From an uncultured virus (IMG/VR IMGVR_UViG_3300037245_004243) (Duplodnaviria; Heunggongvirae; Uroviricota; Caudoviricetes): 64,000 bases of DNA. Shown piece by piece: positions 50,273-61,271 of the stretch. The number at the start of each line of letters is the position of its first letter. The first letter of the stretch is position 1. Location of the stretch: the IMG/VR virus record IMGVR_UViG_3300037245_004243, positions 1-64,000 of that record; one strand, 5' to 3'. Under the pieces are notes generated by a model. The model ran no database searches and had not been told where the DNA came from. It saw only the letters and a program-made list of their open reading frames with translations. Made by a program: the position numbers and the translations under genes.

Positions 50273-51052
50273 TTAAAATGGGCTCCAGCTTTTAAAAGCC
50301 GGATTGGCCACACCGGTCCCGCCTTGGCCATTGGCAAAAATCTTTTTACTATTAGCGGCAAGTGCCTCCTCACTTTCTGCAAATGATGATCCGCCACTTC
50401 CACCGAAAACGGTTTTTATACTGGAAGCAGGGATTTTATTAGATAAGGTTTCAATACCTTCTTTTAGAGCATCGATCCCTGTCCCGATGGTACCCTGGGC
50501 GAGATCAAAAGCAACATCTTTTACATCCGCGACGCTAATTCCTTCATCAAACTCATAAATAATATCATCGTATCGGAAAGAGGTCGAGAGGGTCATAAGT
50601 TGATCGTTTGCATCCGCCGCCAATGCGATATTCTCTATGTTGACCGGGAATGCATCTAAGATGGTACACTTTACCCGCATTAACTGCTTTCGATTCCATA
50701 GTTCAATCTCGATATTGCCGGAATATTCATCCTTATAATTGAAGGTACGCGAGCCATCATTCATTACCAGTTTTCGCCAGTCATTAAAAAACTTGATGAC
50801 TTTTAGGCCATCATCAACGAAAAATTCGAACGCTATTGGATCATAATCAACAGAACTTACATAATGCCGGGGCAGGTTGTTATATTGTACAGAAGTGGTG
50901 TTATAGGTCATAAACGGGAAAGTTGCGGATCTGGTTAAAAACCCGAACTCTTTTGCCCCAAAAAGGTGACCAGTGAAAGTTACTTGATAGAGATTTGGCC
51001 TAAGAAAATCTGAAAACGATGCTTTCAGATTTTCCAGAAACATGGTAGCCAT
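50273..51052 (-). CDS. 54: Tail tube initiator (gp54-like; tube fold)
   Basis: RPNLY.V.F, FF..W...., YKDEY and AFP.NI motifs. Confidence 0.75.
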   Translation of the reverse strand: MATMFLENLKASFSDFLRPNLYQVTFTGHLFGAKEFGFLTRSATFPFMTYNTTSVQYNNLPRHYVSSVDYDPIAFEFFVDDGLKVIKFFNDWRKLVMNDGSRTFNYKDEYSGNIEIELWNRKQLMRVKCTILDAFPVNIENIALAADANDQLMTLSTSFRYDDIIYEFDEGISVADVKDVAFDLAQGTIGTGIDALKEGIETLSNKIPASSIKTVFGGSGGSSFAESEEALAANSKKIFANGQGGTGVANPAFKSWSPF

Positions 51053-51064
51053 AAATTACCTCTT

Positions 51065-51559
51065 TTAGAAAATGCGTGTCCAATAATCGAAACTGAAAGT
51101 AATTACATATTCGGCCAGGGTGTCATTGGTCTCATAGGATAAATCGACCGGGGCGATAGATGATGGCCACATACCAATGAAATTATATTCAGCGATTTCA
51201 TTATCGTTGGTGTCCAATGCAATGATCGTGCCAATGCGTTTATAAAGTGCTGAATCCAGGCCGATAGCTGCTTCATTTGCTTTGATGGTCTGCATCCACT
51301 CTTCGATGGCCGTGCGGACTGCAAAATCGGTATCCATAATGGCGGTCACCGACAGGTCTTCATAGGTCACATCACCGGCAAGTTTGGCTTTCATGCCAAG
51401 ATATGGCGCCTCAACGATGCCGATATTTTTTCCTGGGAGCTGAGCCGCTTTGCACAAGAAAACGAACTTTTCAGGCAATCCCATCACTTCCATTTTATAT
51501 AGGTTTGGCCGGTAACCAGCTTTCAATGCGGCCTTAAAATCTTCAATCCTGATTCCCAT
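51065..51559 (-). CDS. 19: Tail tube protein (gp19)
   Basis: RPNL, CKAA.LPG, AGD.TY, WPS.I..V.LS and F..DYW motifs. Confidence 0.93.
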   Translation of the reverse strand: MGIRIEDFKAALKAGYRPNLYKMEVMGLPEKFVFLCKAAQLPGKNIGIVEAPYLGMKAKLAGDVTYEDLSVTAIMDTDFAVRTAIEEWMQTIKANEAAIGLDSALYKRIGTIIALDTNDNEIAEYNFIGMWPSSIAPVDLSYETNDTLAEYVITFSFDYWTRIF

Positions 51560-51616
51560 TTGAATCTCCTTATATTAATTTACCAGTCAGGGATTTTGGC
51601 CCTGACTGGAATTTGC

Positions 51617-53281
51617 TTATGCTGATTTGCTGATTGTTTCCGAGAACTCAACACCCGATTTCACGTTGATGAATTCGAGAACGATATACTCAGCAGATAC
51701 TTCTGGCTGGATGAAAATCCGCGCCCTGAATTCAGTTCTTGCCTTAACTGCGGCAGTGTTTACATTCGGGCCGACTTGGACTTCAAAATTTTCAATGCCC
51801 TCTTTACCCTGGACATCCCGCAGGAATGGAGTAACCAAACCCTTGAATTGTCGCTGAGTAAATGCGGTATTTTTCTCAAACATAAAATATTTGGAAGCAG
51901 TCGCGATAGCCTTTTCCAATACGATGAACAACCATCTGATATCCAGTCGGTCAAAGTAGGAAGGCCGGGTCAGCAACGTTTTCTGGCCAAGCAACACCGG
52001 ACCATCAGCGCTATCAACCAAAAGCGGATTGATGCCGTCTTTATACAGTAAATCCCGGTAAGGTTTGCCAGGATTGATGGCAAATTTGATGGTGTTTTTA
52101 ATAATACCGCGATTATAGCCAGCGCCAGCGATCCAAAGTTCTCGGACCTGCCCGGTATTGGCCATGACACCCGCACAGTCGGCAGACACTGGGAGCCAGC
52201 GAAACACACCATTGTAAGTGTCTTCCTGATATTTCCAGTTGCCAAAAAGCCCTGCATAGGAAGTGCTTCGGCTCAATTCATTTTTGCGGTAATCGACGAT
52301 ATCGGCAACCGCTGCTGAAAGGGACGTTTTGCCGACGATATCGGCCTGGGGAGGCGTAAAATAACCGACCATATCTTTCCGGACTTCCAAAAGATTGTCG
52401 ATTAAGTATTGCTGAATGGTGCTATTGGTCCAGGCGCCGTCGATAATCATATTGACATCCACTTCCTCTGCATTTTCGAATAAATCGAATCCTGCCTGGA
52501 TCTCGCTGTTGCCGGGTGTACCATTCACACCGCCGCTCATCAAATGTGCCTCGAAAGATGCAACATCGATTGCATTGCCGACATCATTATATCCCAGGAT
52601 GTAAGCTGAATTCTGGAATAAATAATCATTGATGTACGTGTTTACGCCATCAACTTTGTTGCCGGGAGTTGTCGAAACAATCCAGCGCTCCACGATTTCA
52701 TAATCGCCATTTTTATCCAGGGCCAGAACACAAATGGCCACCTCATTGGCAATTGGGATAAATTCAAATTGATCAACAAATTTGATGCCAGTATCGACCA
52801 GTGCGGTAGCGAAATCGCTGTCATTGGCAACGGCCACTTTGAGTGTATTGCCGAACACACCGGGGTATTTTGCCAGAAGGTGAATTTTATCTGTTCCACC
52901 GGCAAAACTTGGTGTATGCTGCTCATAAGCATCGTCGTTCAAAAGCAATGTCACATTTTCGATAGGATCAACTTCATTATCGGTATCTTGCAACATATAT
53001 CCTGCGTTTTTCGAAGTGGCCTCATCAAGCACTCGGACCATCAGCAACGCACTGGAGTATTGCAGATAATTGAATGCCGAAAACCAACTCAAATAATTGA
53101 CATCATTTGGGACGCCGAAAATATCAAAAAGCTCGGTGTCATTGGTCATCGTAATGCGCTGATTACAAGCGCCCCATTCAAATTCTCCAACCATACCGCA
53201 TATCGTGCTTGAAACCGCAGGGATCGTCAGGGTCAAATCTTTCTCCACAATGGACTGACTTGGTGATAAACTGAATCCCAT
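51617..53281 (-). CDS. 18: Tail sheath protein (gp18)
   Basis: LSP.....E.DLT, G.F.WG, AKYPG..GN, AG.NRG, G.KT and FE.N..FT motifs. Confidence 0.96.
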   Translation of the reverse strand: MGFSLSPSQSIVEKDLTLTIPAVSSTICGMVGEFEWGACNQRITMTNDTELFDIFGVPNDVNYLSWFSAFNYLQYSSALLMVRVLDEATSKNAGYMLQDTDNEVDPIENVTLLLNDDAYEQHTPSFAGGTDKIHLLAKYPGVFGNTLKVAVANDSDFATALVDTGIKFVDQFEFIPIANEVAICVLALDKNGDYEIVERWIVSTTPGNKVDGVNTYINDYLFQNSAYILGYNDVGNAIDVASFEAHLMSGGVNGTPGNSEIQAGFDLFENAEEVDVNMIIDGAWTNSTIQQYLIDNLLEVRKDMVGYFTPPQADIVGKTSLSAAVADIVDYRKNELSRSTSYAGLFGNWKYQEDTYNGVFRWLPVSADCAGVMANTGQVRELWIAGAGYNRGIIKNTIKFAINPGKPYRDLLYKDGINPLLVDSADGPVLLGQKTLLTRPSYFDRLDIRWLFIVLEKAIATASKYFMFEKNTAFTQRQFKGLVTPFLRDVQGKEGIENFEVQVGPNVNTAAVKARTEFRARIFIQPEVSAEYIVLEFINVKSGVEFSETISKSA

Positions 53282-53325
53282 AATTTTTCTCCTTTATTAT
53301 TAGTGCAAATTTTACCTGTTGTTAA

Positions 53326-53334
53326 TCTATTTAC
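53326..53334 (-). promoter_or_regulatory. Putative late promoter GGTAAATAG
   Basis: Intergenic, upstream of gp18. Confidence 0.65.
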
Positions 53335-53338
53335 CGTT

Positions 53339-54961
53339 TTAGAAAGATGATCCAACCCAATCTTCATCACCAATACTATCTTCATCAAAGGAAGTGATAT
53401 CAATACCGTTATCTACATAACCAGCCGGGAGCAAATCCTCTTCTATTCTATTAATTTTATTTTTATCCATTAAACGTTTTTGATCGATCCAATTTTCTGT
53501 CCAGGTCCGATTTTGCATGAAATACGAAAATAAAATCAAAGGCGTCACTAAATCGTCGTGATCGGAGTCTTCTTCAGCTTGATAACTATCACGGACCTTA
53601 ATAAATGTACTAAATTGAGTGATTGTACTTTGATCTTGAACGATCATATTGCCGTCTTCGATATTTTGTTTTAACCGCATGCAACCGCGCAGTTTAGAGC
53701 CTTTAGTCATTTTTATACCGAAAGAATCGTTATCGCCATAAAAAATATTTTCATACTCGAGATCATAATTCAGATCATCCAAGATGCCTATGCCGATATT
53801 ATTCGTTTCGCCAATGACGAGTCCCTGATTATAAAATTCACCGATCCTTTCTATAATATATGGCATTTCCGAGGGAGCAATCATGTTGTCCTCATATACC
53901 GCCACCTCGCGCCACGGCACGCCGCCCGTGATATCCATTACCTGAATTGTATTGTAATCTAATCCAACGCCCTCCCCGAAATCACATATCAAAATATATT
54001 GGTGATCATTTTTGGGCTCCTTTTCGTCGCGCACCGGCATTTCAAAAATCCGGAAGTGATCGTCAAATCTAATTTCTTCAGGGTCCTCCATAACCAGTGT
54101 ATTTTGCAGATGATATGAGGATATCAATGTCCCGGCAGAGCCTAAGAAATTGCACTCATATTCCTGCATCCATTTCTGTATACCAAGTTCTGCGATTGTG
54201 GCTTCTTTGAAGCCCTTTACCGCATAGGCCGGGACATCCATGTAACCGATCTCGAAATGCGCAAATACGTTTTTCTTGTTTTCTGCATCATGCCAGAATT
54301 TGTAAAAATGATTCATACCACGGGGAGTTGAAACCATGATAATTTTCGACTTTCTGGACGATGAAACAGTCGGATAAATCGAAGAGTAAAACTCATCCCA
54401 TATATTTTTAGGTATCCAGGCACACTCATCAATGACAAGGGTATTAATGGAATCCGATCTGGTACCGGAGGCGGATGTTGCAGATGCCTCGATATAACTG
54501 CCGTTTTCTAATTCAATCGATAATTTTGACCATCCTGTGATGCCCTGTTGCAACCAATATGGGAGGGTCTTATATAAAAGTTTCACTTTTTTGAGAATAT
54601 TCTTGGCAGATTTCTCTTTATTTGCTAAGATAGAACAAGAATGATAATCATTAAAAACGCACTCCCATACCAAAAATGCAGCAACAATGGCTGATTTTCC
54701 GGACTGCCGGGGCAATTTAAAAATGGCTCGAGTATTCGCAGCCATTATTTCCAGCATAGTGTCTTGATATGGCCGGGTATTAAATAGTTGCTTTCCGTCA
54801 TCCAATGTGATAATATGACAATATGTGTTTATAAAATAATGGGGATCTCCCGCGCACCTTATAATTTCCTGGAGCTGCCAAGGGCTCAAATGCATCTCGT
54901 GCCCTGCATTTCGAAGGCCGCGCCTCCCATTAAAAAATTCTTGGATTTTCCTTTTTATCAT
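53339..54961 (-). CDS. 17: Terminase large subunit (gp17)
   Basis: RQSGKS Walker A, IDECA, STP.G.NHF, QEYEC.F.GS and HDDLV motifs. Confidence 0.97.
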   Translation of the reverse strand: MIKRKIQEFFNGRRGLRNAGHEMHLSPWQLQEIIRCAGDPHYFINTYCHIITLDDGKQLFNTRPYQDTMLEIMAANTRAIFKLPRQSGKSAIVAAFLVWECVFNDYHSCSILANKEKSAKNILKKVKLLYKTLPYWLQQGITGWSKLSIELENGSYIEASATSASGTRSDSINTLVIDECAWIPKNIWDEFYSSIYPTVSSSRKSKIIMVSTPRGMNHFYKFWHDAENKKNVFAHFEIGYMDVPAYAVKGFKEATIAELGIQKWMQEYECNFLGSAGTLISSYHLQNTLVMEDPEEIRFDDHFRIFEMPVRDEKEPKNDHQYILICDFGEGVGLDYNTIQVMDITGGVPWREVAVYEDNMIAPSEMPYIIERIGEFYNQGLVIGETNNIGIGILDDLNYDLEYENIFYGDNDSFGIKMTKGSKLRGCMRLKQNIEDGNMIVQDQSTITQFSTFIKVRDSYQAEEDSDHDDLVTPLILFSYFMQNRTWTENWIDQKRLMDKNKINRIEEDLLPAGYVDNGIDITSFDEDSIGDEDWVGSSF

Positions 54962-55335
54962 TAAAAATAATTCCTTTTATGTATTTACTTGTTGACAAAA
55001 AATTGGGTATTGTGGTATGTTTAAACAATAAAACGAAAAGGAGAAATAAACATGAGTGATCAAAGCGCCTGGCCCTGGAGAAACCAAAATATGGTAATGA
55101 TTTTAAACCGCTTTTGCCTAATCAAATGTGCTCGAGACGGTCAGCTTTTAACAAAAATCAGAATAGGCGATATTCAACCCCGATTTAAAATTGCTGCCGC
55201 TTGTGCCGACGTCGTCATTATAAAGGATGGCAAAAAATTTGCCGTTTTAAAGCACAACCATATGATGAACGTTATTGGTTACGATTATCCTGTATCAACC
55301 CTGAAAAATATTATGTTTGCCCGATAGGAGAATTT

Positions 55336-56685
55336 ATGACGGACTACCAGGAAACAATTGAAGAAGAAGCCGAGCGTCTTACTGGCGATGACGCCGACGA
55401 AGGCGCCGACTGGACGAAAGACGCGCCGGAAATAACGCTTACGGTAGAACAACAGGCTGTTTGTGATGCCCTGATGGGTTGGGTTAAGAAGTATTACACT
55501 CGTCCCGACTACCATTTTACAACGATGGCCGGACTCGCCGGGACCGGGAAAACTACCCTTTTAGGATTCATGGCAAACGCCCTCCGAGAAAGAATGAGCC
55601 ATCTCCGAATAGGTTTTATAACTTATACCGGAAAGGCATCCATTGTATTAGCCTCGAAACTGATCGATATGGGGCCGGAAGATTATGTCGGTACAATCCA
55701 CTCCCTGATATACTTTCCGATTGTTGATGAAAAAACCGGGAAGGTCGAAGGATGGTCGCGTAAGGATGAGCTGGACGTCGATTTTATTTTTGTGGACGAG
55801 GCCAGTATGGTCGGAAAAGAAATATGGGAAGACCTGCTGAATTATAATATACCCATTATTGCCATCGGGGACCACGGCCAACTACCTCCGGTTGGCGCCG
55901 ATAGTTTCAATTTGATGGCCAAGCCAGACCATATTTTAACGGAAATCCACCGTCAAGCCAAGGACAATCCCATTATCAAACTTTCGATGATCGCCCGAGA
56001 GGAAGGATATGTCGAATGTGGGATGTACGGTACCGCGATTGCAAAGTTACACTGGTCCGATCCACGATGCAAAAAAATCCTTTCTGCATATGATAAAGAT
56101 TCTGATCTGATCGCCCTCTGCGGTATGAATGCCACCAGGGTGCAGATAAATAAAATCGTTCGCAGCAAATACGGTTTCAAAGGAACGCCCAAGGTCAGTG
56201 AACGCCTGATTTGCCTTAAAAATAACAAAAAGATCAACGCTATGAACGGGCAGATAGGTACACTCATCGCTATTGAATCAGTCGGGCCGAAATTTTTTGA
56301 AATACAAATACGGATGGACGGCAGCAAATTTGATGTCTGGAGTTTTTGCTTAAAATCTGGATTTGGTAAGGTATTTTCAAAAGACGCATATTCAGAAAGT
56401 AATATGCGAGAAACAAGGGATGATCTCGCCGATGCGGTCCAGGAAAAAATGCGCAAAGCGAATCCAAATTATTTCATGACCTCGGATGAACGCCGCTTTT
56501 GCAAGGTCGACCTTTTTGATTTCGGCTATTGCGTCTCGGTCCATAAAAGCCAAGGATCAGAGTGGAGCAGAGTCATCCTGATTGACGAAAGAAACCAATA
56601 TCAAACCGATGACGATTATACCCGATGGTTGTATACCGGGATAACCCGCGCAAAAGATAAACTTATTATGATTGAGGACTTTTAA
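55336..56685 (+). CDS. SF1B helicase (Dda/RecD-like)
   Basis: GLAGTGKT, TIHSLIY, DEASM, GD.GQLPPV, HRQ, HKSQGSEW and YTGITRA motifs. Start set at the ATG after AGGAG. Confidence 0.93.
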   Translation: MTDYQETIEEEAERLTGDDADEGADWTKDAPEITLTVEQQAVCDALMGWVKKYYTRPDYHFTTMAGLAGTGKTTLLGFMANALRERMSHLRIGFITYTGKASIVLASKLIDMGPEDYVGTIHSLIYFPIVDEKTGKVEGWSRKDELDVDFIFVDEASMVGKEIWEDLLNYNIPIIAIGDHGQLPPVGADSFNLMAKPDHILTEIHRQAKDNPIIKLSMIAREEGYVECGMYGTAIAKLHWSDPRCKKILSAYDKDSDLIALCGMNATRVQINKIVRSKYGFKGTPKVSERLICLKNNKKINAMNGQIGTLIAIESVGPKFFEIQIRMDGSKFDVWSFCLKSGFGKVFSKDAYSESNMRETRDDLADAVQEKMRKANPNYFMTSDERRFCKVDLFDFGYCVSVHKSQGSEWSRVILIDERNQYQTDDDYTRWLYTGITRAKDKLIMIEDF

Positions 56686-57127
56686 AATGGAATTAGAACT
56701 GACCGACGACAACATCGACAAACTTGCTGAAGAAGCAAGGCAGAAAAAGATCTTGGACAGGAAAAACAAAAAACTCGCTCAACTCGCTTTTGGGCACAAC
56801 GGCCTCGTAATCGACGGCCAGGACAATTGTTCCGAAGATCTGGAAAGATTGGAACGATTGAAAGGGGAGACTTATTCCTAATGATAAAAAAGCAATTTTT
56901 ATACCAAACGGAAAAAATTATGTCCCGAAGAATTGCTGAACCAGATAAGAAAGCATATCTTAAAAGGATGATACCTATCCATTTGGCCGAGGCACGCCTG
57001 GAAATCGAGAACGGCAATATCTATGGAGCCGAAACACACATCGCAATTGCCGAAGAAATGATTGATGAAACTTGGTTTCTGCCCGGCCTTGGTCGGTTTC
57101 TAAACAATTAAAAAGGGAGACTTTAAA

Positions 57128-57658
57128 ATGAAAGTAAAAATTGACATCTGGACAATCGAATTGACACTTTTACTTTACCGGGAAATCATGAAACGCTTTG
57201 GCCCACATCGTCTTTGGGGACCGGCCAGTTTTCCTGCCGTTTCCCCAGGTGCATATGATGATTTCTGTGAAGATTTTGCCAGGGCTCATGGCGCCAAAAG
57301 CTCCGACGCTGTCAAAATGCAAGTCGGATGGGCAATTGGCCATCAGCCCATGATCAAAAATTTGCACAATATGAGAAACTTTTTTCGGAATAAACTGGTT
57401 GCCTGGGACGTCGATTTTATTGACAGTAACTTATTTCCGGCATGGTCAATGAATTGGTACCGGGACGTCTCGGATCATATTAAGAATGTGACGCGCTCGA
57501 TGATGGAGACCCATGTTTATGGGGAATCTGTAAAAATAAACGATTTCATAGAAGATGAGGAAGAGGCGCCGGAAGAAAAAGGTCTCTCCTCTTCCTTTCC
57601 GTCTGGCGGTTTTATGGCAGGGTGCCGACAAACATTATTTATTTTAAATCGAAGATAA
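57128..57658 (+). CDS. Hypothetical protein
   Basis: GGGAG RBS. Confidence 0.65.
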   Translation: MKVKIDIWTIELTLLLYREIMKRFGPHRLWGPASFPAVSPGAYDDFCEDFARAHGAKSSDAVKMQVGWAIGHQPMIKNLHNMRNFFRNKLVAWDVDFIDSNLFPAWSMNWYRDVSDHIKNVTRSMMETHVYGESVKINDFIEDEEEAPEEKGLSSSFPSGGFMAGCRQTLFILNRR

Positions 57659-57732
57659 ACCTCAAGTTTCCTTGACATAAGCCGATAACAGTTATAGTAT
57701 GAGAGAATAAACCAACGGCAACAAGGAGACTT
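57655..57732 (+). promoter_or_regulatory. Early promoter + RBS cassette, copy 7
   Basis: Identical to 5068-5145. Confidence 0.9.
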
Positions 57733-57907
57733 AAACATGTACAAAATCAAAAGAAACGGAAAAACCTTAAAAGCGCAATTTGGGTCAGAAAAAACAGCAA
57801 CTCAATTTGCTCAAATCATGGCTGATAATGAATTAAAAGCTGGCATTTCCTTTGATATTTTCAAAGTCAAATATATCGGTGACGCACACAAAGCCTAAAA
57901 AGGAGAC

Positions 57908-58267
57908 TTGAATATGACCTTCCCGGCAAAAGAAAACCTAATATATTTTGAGACCCTGAAGAAAAAACAAGATGACGACGATTTCGGAATCGAGATAACT
58001 CTTCGCGCAGGAGTAAAAAATGCCGCCAGGGAAAACTTGATTGAGCTGATGGCCAATTACGCATATACCCTGATCCGCAACGACGACCGCAGCAGCAGCG
58101 TAACAACCCTTTTCATTCCCTTCGAATTTGACGAGGGAGCATATGTAGGGGTCGAGCTAAAAGTAAAATTTAACAAAATAAATAATCGCGAATTTCTTTT
58201 GACCGAAATCAAACGCGCACGCCGGACCCACGCCGAAATAGAAGGCAAACTTTTTAAAATAAAGTAA
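57908..58267 (+). CDS. Hypothetical early protein
   Basis: AGGAGACTTGAATATG start context shared with other early genes. Confidence 0.7.
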   Translation: MNMTFPAKENLIYFETLKKKQDDDDFGIEITLRAGVKNAARENLIELMANYAYTLIRNDDRSSSVTTLFIPFEFDEGAYVGVELKVKFNKINNREFLLTEIKRARRTHAEIEGKLFKIK

Positions 58268-58315
58268 AAATAAAGCTCAAGTTTTGTTTGGAAACGCCGA
58301 TAACAGTTATAGTAA
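58268..58315 (+). promoter_or_regulatory. Early promoter cassette, degenerate copy 8
   Basis: Upstream element and GCCGATAACAGTTATAGT are kept; the -35 is altered. Confidence 0.65.
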
Positions 58316-60012
58316 CGCGGAATCAACCCAAACAAGGAGACCGACATGAACGACGACCATCTTCACAGTAATTGCTACAAAGGAATTTGCTCAGACCTTA
58401 ATTGTAAAGAAGCAGTAAAACAAAACCTGGTCACTGGAAATTGGTTCATTACGATGGGACATGCCGGATTCAATACCGCCACAAATAACCGGAATGGGTA
58501 TGTGAGCGAAAAACGCGCACGAAGCGCCCACATGAATTATACCAAATAAGCGAGAAATGCTAAAAATTATATTCATCGACGCTTAATATAGGAGGTTTAA
58601 AAATGGATTTCGAGAAAATGACAAAGGCGCAAATTATCAGGTCTCTAAATGACAAAACCATTTTAACTACCATCACCGATAATTTTGAGCGCATTTCTTT
58701 CGGCCATATTCAAATGGTAGAAAATATCGGTAAAGCTCTCCTTACTAATCCGAGTCGCTCATTTGAGAAAATCATTAACTCTGCCCTGGACGAATCCGGC
58801 AATCTCGTTATCACCATACCTAAACTTTAGCCGCCACATAACATTAAGCGAGAAATTATGCTAAAAATTATATTCATCGATGCTTTAATCGCATACCTTT
58901 TAATAAACTTTTTGGATTTGACAGGGCTCGCTGCCACCGCCCTTTACTTTGTCTTAACAGCCGGATTCGCCCTGGACGTATACTGCCACATTAGCCGCCA
59001 CATTAGCCGAAATTATTATTGGTATTAACATATTGCCGCCGATAGGCCCACATCCAGGCCACACTCCAAAGGTGTGAAAGCCTGGGGCCATCGGCAAACA
59101 GGAATCCGATGCATAAGCATAAATGGGAAGATAAAAATCCGGCGCCGGGCACAAAGTGGTTCAAGTATTTTGGTTGCTATGATCTGCGCGAATGTCAAAA
59201 GTGTGGTATAATACAGGAAAAGCACTCGGAAACTGATTGGGGCCGGGTAACCGGTTATAGATGGTTTCCATTAGCCGGGAGATGCAAAGGGAGACGAAAT
59301 GATACCTAAAAATTTAAACGATAAATTCATTTGACAAAGGTAGCATCCTGATATATAATGTATTTAATTGGTTAGGAGACTTCATTATGAAAAATAGAGA
59401 GCCGGAAATACATGCCGAGTTAAAGGTACCTTATAGCCCATTTTCTCAAATATACCCATTGCCGGTAGGCACGAAATGTATTATTACAAGTGAAGAGGCC
59501 GACAGATACGCCGTCAAATTTCCTGATGTGATCGGTTATTCAGGCACATTCCACGTCAAAAAATATCAGATTACAGCCCAAAAGTAAACAATTGTGGGAC
59601 TTATGGCCAGATAATTTAAAATAGGGAGATTAAATATCATGAAATGCACATTATGTTTTACAGAAATTGCCGGGATTAATGAAGCAATCGATGCCGATTG
59701 GATTCCTAATTTCTTTGTTGGGGCAACCGAGCATGGCCCGGTTTGTCCATCTTGCCAGCAAAAGTATCTTTGGTTAGATTCAATCGATGGCGAGTTTGAT
59801 TTGTCAACTGAATTTGTGAACATCTTTTTAAAATCAGCATCTTATATGGATTCCGGTTTTAAGGGCAAATCATATATCGGATTTTGTGGGGACATCGAAG
59901 TTTCGGAAAAATGCGAGATATGCACGCCGCAATGTGAAAAAAATGGAATGAAACCGCTTGATGGATATGTAAACACTGCACCGGATTATTCAATTTAAGG
60001 GAGATAAATATC

Positions 60013-60891
60013 ATGGGTAAAATAGGGACATTAGAACAAATTTATGCCAGGAAACAGGCTAAGAAAAGCAAGGAAGCCATTCGGTTGGCGCAAACCATAT
60101 TAGACTCAACCCACAAACACTGCACCGAATTATTGGAAGCAGGGGTAATACCCGACGCAACGCGCCATTATAAGATCGGTGACCGGGTCCGATATGGCGC
60201 CTGGGATTGGAGTGCCGTCCTCGCCGTTTACGAAAACGGGAAATATTATAAGCTGGTCACACAAACTCGCCACATCGGTCGCAATATTCCGGACTCTTCC
60301 GAACTAAGAATTCATTATCTACCTTGGTTTAATTTCGTTTCTTACCAGAGCCCTGAAGAGATTTTTGAAATCGATTCCCTTATCGAGGGCGATGATATAT
60401 TTTTCAGTTATTCCCAACGGGATTTGAGTTCCTTAATAAATATGTATTTCAACAAGCATGGGATTGATTTCGAGCCGGAATATCAACGAGGTAATGTCTG
60501 GTCGCTTGAAAAAAAGGTCGAGCTAATAGATTCTATCTTTAAAAATGTGGATATAGGAAAATTTGCCGTCATCAGCAGACCCTGGGGACCGGACGGCAAC
60601 AAGCCACTCACACCCAAATTGTGGGAGATGCTCGACGGGAAGCAGCGCCTAACGGCCATCATCGATTTTTTTACTAACCAGTTTTCCTATAAAGGTAAAT
60701 ATTACGATGACTTGTCACCGCACGATAGATACCATTTCAAACATTATTCAGCGGCGATTGCCGAAACAGAGAATTTGACCAAGGCACAAAAGTACCGTTA
60801 CTTTTTAAAATTGAATACAACCGGCACACCCCAAGATCCCGAACATATGAAAAAGGTCACCGATATGCTTGCCAAGGAGATGAAAAAATGA
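60013..60891 (+). CDS. DUF262 (ParB/GmrSD N-terminal) domain protein
   Basis: PEYQRG.VW, LIDSI, DGKQRL and F.KLN..G motifs. Confidence 0.88.
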   Translation: MGKIGTLEQIYARKQAKKSKEAIRLAQTILDSTHKHCTELLEAGVIPDATRHYKIGDRVRYGAWDWSAVLAVYENGKYYKLVTQTRHIGRNIPDSSELRIHYLPWFNFVSYQSPEEIFEIDSLIEGDDIFFSYSQRDLSSLINMYFNKHGIDFEPEYQRGNVWSLEKKVELIDSIFKNVDIGKFAVISRPWGPDGNKPLTPKLWEMLDGKQRLTAIIDFFTNQFSYKGKYYDDLSPHDRYHFKHYSAAIAETENLTKAQKYRYFLKLNTTGTPQDPEHMKKVTDMLAKEMKK

Positions 60892-61070
60892 GTGAAGACT
60901 TAGGATTATTTCAAGTAGTATGCCCGGTTTGCTCGCGAGCCTTTGACCTGGATGAAACGGTTATTCAGAAAGTATGGTCTCAATCATTTAAGGAAGGTTT
61001 AAAAGTTATCTGCCCGGCCTGTGGGTGTCAACGATGCTCAGATTTGCCGGATGACGAAGAGGAATAAAAA

Positions 61071-61271
61071 ATGGAAAGACGATCATTTATAAAAATCATT
61101 GCTGGAATTGCAGTCGCGCCATTAAGTTTTTTGAAAGTCGCCGCCGCTTCCACGGTCCCGGTATCAGTTGTTAAGGTCAGAGCTAAACCCCGGTTATTAA
61201 AATGTCGATGGACATTGGAATGTCAAAGGGATTTGGAAGTAATGGGATTGGAGGAAAAAATATGCTGCTGA
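61071..61271 (+). CDS. Tat-signal miniprotein with a gp23-like motif
   Basis: MERRSFIK signal; V.AK.R.LK..WT.E...DL...GL motif. Confidence 0.65.
   Translation: MERRSFIKIIAGIAVAPLSFLKVAAASTVPVSVVKVRAKPRLLKCRWTLECQRDLEVMGLEEKICC

Noticed and set aside
3469-58315. CRISPR array
   Set aside because: The repeats are dispersed promoter elements rather than regularly spaced repeat-spacer units, and no cas genes are present.
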